Below, piece after piece: positions 28,552 to 35,614 of a stretch of DNA of 48,366 nt. Position numbers and translations under genes: made by a program. The DNA is taken from assembly GCA_902800255.1 (NCBI GenBank), contig CADCDV010000001.1:1-48366 (forward strand), written 5' to 3'. Each line of letters opens with the position of its first letter. Within the stretch, counting starts at the first letter, position 1. Below the pieces are notes generated by a model. The model saw nothing but the letters and a program-made list of their open reading frames with translations. It did not search any database and had not been told where the DNA came from. This DNA comes from an uncultured Erysipelotrichaceae bacterium (GTDB taxonomy: Bacteria > Bacillota_I > Bacilli_A > RFN20 > CAG-826).

Positions 28552-29511
28552 ATGAAAATTAAGAACTGGTTTTTAGATGTCCTTAAGGGAGGCTCCCTCG
28601 GACTTGGTATGATTCCCGGCGTCAGCGCGGGAACAATGGGTTTAATCGTTGGCATTTATGATCGCCTCATCAATGGCATCTCAAACCTCAGAAAAGAATT
28701 CAAAAAGAGCCTCTTCACTTTGCTTCCTCTTGGCATCGGCGCGGTCATGTCCGCGGTCATCTGCATGCTTGGGGTCAACTATGGTTTGGACTACGCTCCG
28801 TTTGCGATCATCTCCCTTTTCGCCGGCTTAATCATCGGTTCTCTTCCTGTCATCACCAAAGAATTAAAAGGCGTCAAACCTAACGTAAAATCCATCATCA
28901 TTGTTGTAATTGGTGCGGTTTTTGCTGCAGGTATTGGAATTTTGAGCGCGGTTGCCAAGCTCAACAGTTGGGGCAATTTCGAGGCCGCTTTCATCGCTGG
29001 AGAATGGTGGACCTACATCGGTGTTTTCGTTGCCGGATTCATCGCCGCGATGGCTTGCATCATCCCTGGCATCAGCGGAGCGATGCTTCTCTTCGTTGCC
29101 GGTTTATATGACCCATGCGTCCATATCTTTGTCGGAGAGAATTCTATCCTTCACAACTCCGACAGACTCGTCAGCGGAATCTTCCTCACCCTTTCCCTTT
29201 TGGTCGGTATCGTCGCTGGCTTTATCCTCACAAGCAAGCTCATGAAGAACCTTCTTGCGAAACACCATGACGGCACTTACCTCGCTGTCTTTGGTTTCGT
29301 CCTTGGATCCCTTGTCTCGATGTATGTGAACCAGAGCATGATTAACGACTCCCTCGTTTGGAAATACACCCTCGTTCAGCCATGGGAATGGGTTCTCGGA
29401 ATCGTTCTCCTAATTGGCTTTGCGGTCCTCTTTTTCTTCCTTTCCAAAGTTGCTCTTAAGAAGCAAGCCGCTTCTTCACAAAAAGAAGAAACTGAGCCTG
29501 CTAATAAATAA
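28552..29511 (+). CDS. DUF368 family polytopic membrane protein (family recently linked to undecaprenyl-phosphate translocation, PopT)
   Basis: The motif G(M/I)IPG(V/I)SG(G/A)(T/A)M occurs twice (GMIPGVSAGTMGLIVGIYDRL and IIPGISGAMLLFVAGLYD), which is typical of DUF368. About 8-9 TM helices. Confidence 0.75.
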   Translation: MKIKNWFLDVLKGGSLGLGMIPGVSAGTMGLIVGIYDRLINGISNLRKEFKKSLFTLLPLGIGAVMSAVICMLGVNYGLDYAPFAIISLFAGLIIGSLPVITKELKGVKPNVKSIIIVVIGAVFAAGIGILSAVAKLNSWGNFEAAFIAGEWWTYIGVFVAGFIAAMACIIPGISGAMLLFVAGLYDPCVHIFVGENSILHNSDRLVSGIFLTLSLLVGIVAGFILTSKLMKNLLAKHHDGTYLAVFGFVLGSLVSMYVNQSMINDSLVWKYTLVQPWEWVLGIVLLIGFAVLFFFLSKVALKKQAASSQKEETEPANK

Positions 29512-29527
29512 TTTGTAATATTTTTCA

Positions 29528-29555
29528 TTGACAGTCTTCCAGATTGAAATATCAT
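29528..29555 (+). promoter_or_regulatory. Sigma-A-type promoter for the TetR gene (TTGACA-16 nt-TATCAT) with an imperfect palindrome in the spacer
   Basis: TTGACA at 29528-29533 and TATCAT at 29550-29555. The imperfect palindrome CAGTCTtccAGATTG spans 29532-29546. Confidence 0.45.
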
Positions 29556-29580
29556 AAAAGTCCACAAGCGGGAAATTTTT

Positions 29581-30171
29581 ATGCCAAGAACACCACAGCA
29601 AAACGCCCTTATCAGAGATAAAAGAAGGACGAAAATCCTCCTTAGAACTCTCAAGCTTTTCGCAACCAAGGGATTTGATGAGGTTACTATTGACGCAATT
29701 TCCACCGAGAGCAGCTGCTCCCACGGTTTGGTCTACCACTACTTCGAGAAGAAAGAAGATATCTTTAACGCCCTCTTTGAATTACAAAGAGAGGACTTTA
29801 ATGACACCCTCTTCCCAAGAATCGCTGCCGCAAAGGCCGGAGGCTTGGCTGGACTAAAGGTCATCTGTGACCATTACGAAAAACTCTATAACGCTGAAAA
29901 GACTCAGCTTTATTTCCTTAAAGTCAACGCTGCGCGTGATTACACTACATACACCGCTGTCAAAGCCCTTAACGGCGAAAGCCCATTCAAAACGCTTGTC
30001 GCTTTGTTAAAGGAAGCTGTTGCTTCGGGCGAGATGCTTGAATGTGATGTTGAAGCCAAGGCCCATCTATTCTTAGACCTTGTCGTCGGCATCCTCGACA
30101 GACTCATCTCCGCAAAAGAAAAGGAGCGCGAGGTTAAGCCAGGCGCCCTCTTCGAATTCATTCGTAAGTAA
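29581..30171 (+). CDS. TetR/AcrR-family transcriptional regulator
   Basis: N-terminal HTH ...ILLRTLKLFATKGFDEVTIDAISTESSCSHGLVYHYFEKKEDIF.... Confidence 0.8.
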   Translation: MPRTPQQNALIRDKRRTKILLRTLKLFATKGFDEVTIDAISTESSCSHGLVYHYFEKKEDIFNALFELQREDFNDTLFPRIAAAKAGGLAGLKVICDHYEKLYNAEKTQLYFLKVNAARDYTTYTAVKALNGESPFKTLVALLKEAVASGEMLECDVEAKAHLFLDLVVGILDRLISAKEKEREVKPGALFEFIRK

Positions 30172-31722
30172 TTACTTTATATCCCCAAAGTTGAAACGCT
30201 TGATCTTAGTGTAGCTTTTCGCAAGCGATGGATAGAGCTTCAAATAGACTTCTTTATAAAGGTAATTATAGATCTTCACGTTCTTCTCATTTGGTTTGAA
30301 CGTGTCTTTGACACGAACCATCTTTTCGACGGCTTCGTTAACGGTCTTGTATTCTTTGATGGCCAAGAATCCAGCGATAGCGGCACCAAGAGAGGAACTC
30401 TCTTTGGTCTGGACTCTGCTGACTGGTCTACCGAATACGTCAGCGGTGATTTGGCAGATGTCGTCGCTGACAGATCCGCCACCGGAAACCCTTAAGTCAG
30501 GTATCTTGTGTTTGAGGGCTTTTTCGAAGTGCTCCAAACCTTCACGCAAAGCGTATGCAATACCTTCGATGATTGAGCGGTAGATGTGCTCCGTTGTGGT
30601 TGAATCACTGAAGCCGATGATCGCACCTTTCGCCAATGGACGGGAAAGGCCTGGTCCCCAGTATGGCTGGAGGATAAGTCCGTCGCAACCAGCTGGAACA
30701 TCTTTTAGATGTTCGTTGTAGTAATTGATTGTTCTTGGGTCGTCTGGGTTCTCTTTGCCAGCGATCTCTTTCATGAACCAATTGATCATCCAGTATCCAC
30801 GGTAGACTTGGATGTCCATGTTATAGAAATCTTTCGCAGCGGAAGGATATCCAGGAAGGAATGGTTCTGATTCGTGATATTTGGCCGTCGTTGTCTCGAT
30901 TGAGGAGGCGGTTCCATAGCTGATTGCGCCAAGAGATTCGTCGATGACGCCCATGCCGAGAGTCTCACAAGATTTGTCTGAACCTGCAGCGTAAACAATA
31001 ACTCCCTCAGGAATGCCTGAATCTTCGGAAGCTTTCTTGGTGATCTTTCCAATGACCTCCCCTTCTCCAACAAGCTCAGGGAGAACGTCTCTTGTTAAAC
31101 CAAAGATCTGGCCGGTAAGGTGTTTCTCTGGCTTCTTGTACCATCTCTTGTTTTTGAAATCGATTGGGTAATGGCCGGCGCAGTTTGAAGCGCAGTCCTT
31201 TAACTCACCCGTCAGCAAGAAATGGATGTAGCTGGAGACTGGAACGTATTTATGAACTTTTGCCCATTTTTCTGGTTCGTTTTCTTGGATCCAATTGGCC
31301 ACGCATCTACGTCTATTGAAGTTGATTGTGTCTGTCTTTCCAACGAGCTTAAAAAGGAATTGAGACAGTTTTGGCAGGGGTTTTTCGCATTTTGCGTTCC
31401 TCTGATCAAGCCAAAGAACACTTGGTCTGATGACCTTCATGTCGTTATCCAAAAGGACTGCTGTGTCACGGAAGCAAGTAAGGGTTATGCCTTTAATATT
31501 GCCGACTGAGGAAGGGTTCTCTTTGATGAGTTCCTTCGTGCAAAGGCAAAGGTCTTGGTAGTATTCGCGAGGGTCTTTTTCTGCCCAGTTTGGTTTAACC
31601 GAAAAATATGGTTGGTCGTAATCCTTTTTCTTCATGGCAACCATGTAGCCACGTTTATCGAAAAGGGCGACTCGGACGCTTTGGGTCCCAAAGTCCATCG
31701 TCAAAATCAATGGTTCGTTCAT
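30172..31722 (-). CDS. FGGY-family carbohydrate kinase, substrate unknown
   Basis: MDFGTQSVRVALFD (phosphate-1 motif), ...YAAGSDKSCETLG..., ...RVSGGGSVSD...QITADVFG.PV... 516 aa. Its stop codon directly abuts the tetR stop (taa|tta). Confidence 0.8.
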   Translation of the reverse strand: MNEPLILTMDFGTQSVRVALFDKRGYMVAMKKKDYDQPYFSVKPNWAEKDPREYYQDLCLCTKELIKENPSSVGNIKGITLTCFRDTAVLLDNDMKVIRPSVLWLDQRNAKCEKPLPKLSQFLFKLVGKTDTINFNRRRCVANWIQENEPEKWAKVHKYVPVSSYIHFLLTGELKDCASNCAGHYPIDFKNKRWYKKPEKHLTGQIFGLTRDVLPELVGEGEVIGKITKKASEDSGIPEGVIVYAAGSDKSCETLGMGVIDESLGAISYGTASSIETTTAKYHESEPFLPGYPSAAKDFYNMDIQVYRGYWMINWFMKEIAGKENPDDPRTINYYNEHLKDVPAGCDGLILQPYWGPGLSRPLAKGAIIGFSDSTTTEHIYRSIIEGIAYALREGLEHFEKALKHKIPDLRVSGGGSVSDDICQITADVFGRPVSRVQTKESSSLGAAIAGFLAIKEYKTVNEAVEKMVRVKDTFKPNEKNVKIYNYLYKEVYLKLYPSLAKSYTKIKRFNFGDIK

Positions 31723-31758
31723 ATTAGATTCTCCGTCTCGAAGATTTTAGCACGAAAG

Positions 31759-31779
31759 ACCACTTTTAAGTGGTAAAAT
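31759..31779 (+). promoter_or_regulatory. 7-2-7 inverted repeat ACCACTTttAAGTGGT overlapping an extended -10 (TGgTAAAAT) upstream of the heptose operon
   Basis: Inverted repeat at 31759-31774 and TAAAAT at 31774-31779. It lies in the 87-bp divergent region between the FGGY kinase and hddA. Confidence 0.4.
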
Positions 31780-31809
31780 GTTTAGGCTTTAGAAAGGATA
31801 GACGAACTT

Positions 31810-32790
31810 ATGATCATCTCTCGCGCCCCTTTCAGGGTTAGTTTCTGCGGAGGCGGAAGCGATATTCCTTCTTTCTATGAGAAATATGGTGGCTGTGTTA
31901 TCTCCACCACCATCAAGAAGTATTGCTATCTCGCTATCAACCCTGCGTTCAACAAAGAATCAATCACTCTCAAATATTCGAAAACCGAAATCGTCGATGA
32001 CGTCGAAAAGGTCGAGCACCGCATTTTCAAACAAGTTTTGAAAGACTTCGGAAACAAAGGCATCGAAATCACTTCCATGGCCGACATCCCTTCGGGAACC
32101 GGACTTGGTTCGTCCTCTTCTTTCACCGTCGCCCTTCTCAAACTCATGTATACCTGGAACGAACAAGCCGCTTCAACCTACAAGGTTGCCAAAAGAGCCT
32201 GCGAGATCGAGATTAACGAACTTGGAAACCCAATCGGCAAACAGGATCAGTTCGCTGCCGCTTTCGGCGGTCTTCGTTATTACGAATTCTGCCCAGACGG
32301 ATTCGTCAAAGTCGAACCAATCATCATGAAGAAAGAATCTTTCGCCAAACTCGAGAAGAACCTCATGATGTTCTACACAGGCGAAGTCCGTGACGCGAAC
32401 AACATCCTTGCCAAGGAAACTAAAAACCTTGCCACCGACGAAGACAAGATCGAAGCCACCAAAAAGCTTTGCGAAATGACAAAACGCCTTAAGGCGGAGT
32501 TTGAAAACAATAACGTCGATGCTCTTGGTCCAATCCTCAAAGAAGGCTGGGAACTCAAGAAGTCTTTAGCTAGCGGAATTTCTAATCCGCTTATCGACGA
32601 AGCATATGAAAAGGCCATGAAGGCTGGCGCAAGCGGAGGAAAACTCCTTGGCGCTGGTGGAGGCGGATTCCTCCTCTTCTACGTCGATTCCGATGAAAAG
32701 AAAGAGGCCGTCAGAAAGGCCTTATCGAACCTCAAAGAAATGCCGTTTGAGCTTGACCAAGCCGGTTGCTCAATCATCTTCATGGAGTAG
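31810..32790 (+). CDS. hddA: GHMP-family D-glycero-alpha-D-manno-heptose 7-phosphate kinase (HddA-like, COG2605 type)
   Basis: MIISRAPFRVSFCGGGSDIPSFY..., GHMP motif PSGTGLGSSSSF, and C-terminal GGKLLGAGGGGFLLFYV. It sits in an operon with gmhA and gmhB/hddC. Confidence 0.75.
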   Translation: MIISRAPFRVSFCGGGSDIPSFYEKYGGCVISTTIKKYCYLAINPAFNKESITLKYSKTEIVDDVEKVEHRIFKQVLKDFGNKGIEITSMADIPSGTGLGSSSSFTVALLKLMYTWNEQAASTYKVAKRACEIEINELGNPIGKQDQFAAAFGGLRYYEFCPDGFVKVEPIIMKKESFAKLEKNLMMFYTGEVRDANNILAKETKNLATDEDKIEATKKLCEMTKRLKAEFENNNVDALGPILKEGWELKKSLASGISNPLIDEAYEKAMKAGASGGKLLGAGGGGFLLFYVDSDEKKEAVRKALSNLKEMPFELDQAGCSIIFME

Positions 32791-32792
32791 CG

Positions 32793-34103
32793 ATGTACGC
32801 AGTAATACAAGCAGGCGGAGCAGGCACTAGACTTAAGACCATCACCGGCGATTTACCAAAGGTAATGGTTGAGTTAAATGGGAAGCCGATCATCGAATGG
32901 CAGATTGAAAGCCTTAAGAGAAGCGGCGTCCTTGATTTGCTCATAATCATCTCCAAAAACGGGAAACTCATCTCGGATTATTGCGGAGACGGAAAGAAGT
33001 TTGGGGTCAATATCTCCTACATAACAGAAGAATCTCCTTTAGGCACAGCCGGAGGATTATATTTCGCCAAAGAGATCATCAAAGATGATTTCATTCTTTG
33101 CTTTGGCGATTTGATGCTTGATGTCGATTGGATGAGATTCCACCGTTTCCATAAGGAAAAGGGTTCTTCATTGACCGCTTTCGCGCACCCAAATTCACAC
33201 CCGTTCGATAGCGACCTTCTCGTCACTAATGACGAAGAGAAAATCATCAAGATCGATAGCAAGCACAACGTCCGTGACTACTACTACGAGAACCTCACAA
33301 ACGCAGGCCTTTATGTCTGCTCAAAAGAGGTCCTCGATTTCGTCAAAGAACCTTCGAAAATCGACTTTGAGAAAGCTGTCCTCACACACTTCGTTGAAGA
33401 GGGCAAAGCCTATGCATATAGGTCGAGCGAATACGTCAAAGACTGTGGTACCCCTGACAGGTACTATTCAGTCGAAAAAGACCTCAAAAACGGAATTATC
33501 CATGGCAAATCCCTCTCAAATTTGCAGAAATGCATCTTCTTAGACAGGGACGGAACCATCAATAAATATCGTGGTTTAGTTAAGAAAGCAGATGAGTTGG
33601 AACTCGCTGACGATGCTGCTTTAGCGATCAAGACCATCAACACTTCTAGCTACTTAGCGATATGTGCCACCAACCAGCCTGTCATAGCCCGCGGTGACAC
33701 GACCTTTGAGGAACTTAGGAACATCCACAACAAGATGGAGACCCTTCTTGGAAAAGACGGAGCCTATCTTGATGCCCTCTACTTCTGCCCACACCATCCT
33801 GCGGGAGGTTTTGAAGGCGAGGTCCCAGAACTTAAATTCGACTGCGATTGCCGTAAACCAAAAATCGGTCTTCTGAAGAAGGCTCAAGAAAGGTTCAATA
33901 TCGACCTCAGCAAATCCTGGTTTATCGGAGATACGGATAGAGACATCCAGACCGGAATCAACGCTGGATGCAGAACGATCTTTTTAGATACGACACCGAA
34001 TCCTCCGATACGCTTTGAAGATGCGAAACCAGATTTTGTGTGCCATTCTTTATCAGAAGCCGTTAATCTAATAATGACCTTAGAAAGGGGCGAACATGAT
34101 TGA
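32793..34103 (+). CDS. Bifunctional fusion: heptose-1-phosphate nucleotidyl(guanylyl)transferase (HddC-like) + D,D-heptose 1,7-bisphosphate phosphatase (GmhB, HAD-IIIA)
   Basis: The N-terminus MYAVIQAGGAGTRL... carries the NTP-transferase G-loop. The C-terminal half carries FLDRDGTIN (HAD motif I), ...CATNQP..., CPHHP...CDCRKP (GmhB zinc motif) and ..GDTDRDI.... The ATG at 32793 lies 2 nt after the hddA stop. Confidence 0.75.
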   Translation: MYAVIQAGGAGTRLKTITGDLPKVMVELNGKPIIEWQIESLKRSGVLDLLIIISKNGKLISDYCGDGKKFGVNISYITEESPLGTAGGLYFAKEIIKDDFILCFGDLMLDVDWMRFHRFHKEKGSSLTAFAHPNSHPFDSDLLVTNDEEKIIKIDSKHNVRDYYYENLTNAGLYVCSKEVLDFVKEPSKIDFEKAVLTHFVEEGKAYAYRSSEYVKDCGTPDRYYSVEKDLKNGIIHGKSLSNLQKCIFLDRDGTINKYRGLVKKADELELADDAALAIKTINTSSYLAICATNQPVIARGDTTFEELRNIHNKMETLLGKDGAYLDALYFCPHHPAGGFEGEVPELKFDCDCRKPKIGLLKKAQERFNIDLSKSWFIGDTDRDIQTGINAGCRTIFLDTTPNPPIRFEDAKPDFVCHSLSEAVNLIMTLERGEHD

Positions 34104-34704
34104 TTTTAAGAACGATTTAGAGAAATATTACGAGCTCGAAATCGAAACAATTAAGAAATTAGACAAAGACGAGATGAATAAAGCGATGAACGCTCTCGTC
34201 AAACATTACGATGACCAGTCGACCATCTATGTTTTCGGTAACGGAGGCAGCGCTGCCACCGCTTCCCATATGGTCTGCGACTTCAACAAAGGCATCTGCT
34301 CCAAATTAGAGAAGAGATTTAAGTTCGTTTGTCTTAATGACAACGTCCCGATCATGACCGCCATCGCTAACGACACTACCTTCGATGATGTCTTCTACTA
34401 CCAATTAGAGAACCGCCTCAAGAAAGAAGACTTAGTCTTAGCCATTTCTGGAAGCGGCAACTCCAAGAACATCATGAAGGCTGCAGAGTACACTAAAAAG
34501 GTTGGCGCTGAGCTCATGTCCATCACCGGTTATGACGGAGGCAAGTTAGCCAAGATTGCTGATTACCATCTCCATGCACCTGTCGATGACATCCAAATCG
34601 CCGAAGACCTTCATATGACCTTTGACCACGTCATCATGCAGGTCCTTTGGCGTTATCTCAGCAAGAGAGAGGGCATTGAAGCGACCTACACTCCAAACAA
34701 GTAA
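34096..34704 (+). CDS. gmhA: Sedoheptulose-7-phosphate isomerase (SIS domain)
   Basis: ..VFGNGGSAATASHMVCDF.., ..LAISGSGNSKN.., ..ITGYDGGKLA... 8-nt overlap (ATGATTGA) with the upstream gene. Confidence 0.85.
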   Translation: MIDFKNDLEKYYELEIETIKKLDKDEMNKAMNALVKHYDDQSTIYVFGNGGSAATASHMVCDFNKGICSKLEKRFKFVCLNDNVPIMTAIANDTTFDDVFYYQLENRLKKEDLVLAISGSGNSKNIMKAAEYTKKVGAELMSITGYDGGKLAKIADYHLHAPVDDIQIAEDLHMTFDHVIMQVLWRYLSKREGIEATYTPNK

Positions 34705-34722
34705 AATCCAAAAATCATTAAC

Positions 34723-34760
34723 AAAAACGCGCTGGTTTTGTTCCAACGCGTTTTATTTTG
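34723..34760. terminator. Bidirectional terminator between convergent gmhA and the glpQ-like gene
   Basis: aaaacgcg (34724-34731) pairs with cgcgtttt (34747-34754), with inner tgg/cca pairs. A/T runs flank both sides. It overlaps the stop codon of the glpQ-like gene. Confidence 0.55.
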
Positions 34761-35475
34761 CCATTATTTCTTTAACAAGCTCCGGCTCAATCAGCTGGAA
34801 CGTTTGAGCGTCCGCTAGCTCTTTGTTGGCCTTCATATGTTCAGGATCTTCAACCGTCCAGGTGTTGACGATGTGCCTCTTGTGATACTTCCTGACCTCA
34901 GGTTTTGTGAGAAGGCATTCTTCAATGTCGACTGAGTCAAAGAGGTAACGCCACTTCCAGACCCAATAGTATTCTTTGCAGATGAGTAATCCGATTCCGA
35001 ATCCTTGATGCCTCATCTTGAAAAGGGCTCTAGGATCAAAGGAGATGATGACGATCTTCTTTTTGTCTTTGATCTGCTTGAGGGCGGCTTTCGCAGCCTT
35101 AGCCAAAGGTTTGTAGTTTCCCTTGTGGACTTTAAGTTCAACGACGATTAGCCTTCTCTCTTGGTTGAGGTCGAGGACTTCTTGGAAGGTTGGGACCTCT
35201 CCCCCGTCGAGAAGACGATAGTTCTCTTTAATCTCAGCGAGGGTGAGTTCCTCAATGATTCCCTCTTTGCCTGTCGTGCGTTTTAGGTCGTCATCATGGC
35301 AGACAACCAGTTGTCCATCTTTCGTTAAGTGGATGTCGAGCTCAAAAGGGAAGCCGTTTTCGATCGCGTTTTGGAACGCTTTGAGGCCGTTTTCCGTATA
35401 CACGCTGTTATGCAATCCGCGGTGCGCAATCGCGCCCATGTATTCAGGGCTGAACTTTCTCTCTTTTCGCTTCAT
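34753..35475 (-). CDS. Glycerophosphodiester phosphodiesterase (GlpQ/UgpQ family)
   Basis: ..IAHRGLH....ENGLKAF..AIENGF.FELDIHLTKDGQLVVCHDDDLKRTTG.. is the GDPD signature. Confidence 0.8.
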   Translation of the reverse strand: MKRKERKFSPEYMGAIAHRGLHNSVYTENGLKAFQNAIENGFPFELDIHLTKDGQLVVCHDDDLKRTTGKEGIIEELTLAEIKENYRLLDGGEVPTFQEVLDLNQERRLIVVELKVHKGNYKPLAKAAKAALKQIKDKKKIVIISFDPRALFKMRHQGFGIGLLICKEYYWVWKWRYLFDSVDIEECLLTKPEVRKYHKRHIVNTWTVEDPEHMKANKELADAQTFQLIEPELVKEIMAK

Positions 35476-35526
35476 ATTTACAAATTATATGCTCTTTCAG
35501 TGTCGATAATCCCTTGCCTTTTTTCG

Positions 35527-35561
35527 TTCTTCTTTAAAGAAGAATGTTCGGGTGGTATGAT
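35527..35561 (+). promoter_or_regulatory. Perfect 18-bp palindrome TTCTTCTTTAAAGAAGAA overlapping the -35 region of an extended -10 promoter (TGgTATGAT) upstream of ppdK
   Basis: Palindrome at 35527-35544 and TATGAT at 35556-35561, with TG at 35553-35554. It lies in the divergent region shared with the glpQ-like gene. Confidence 0.4.
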
Positions 35562-35614
35562 ATTTCGCGTTAGGGCGCTTTAATCACCCTAAAGATTGTC
35601 AATAGGAGGACAAT

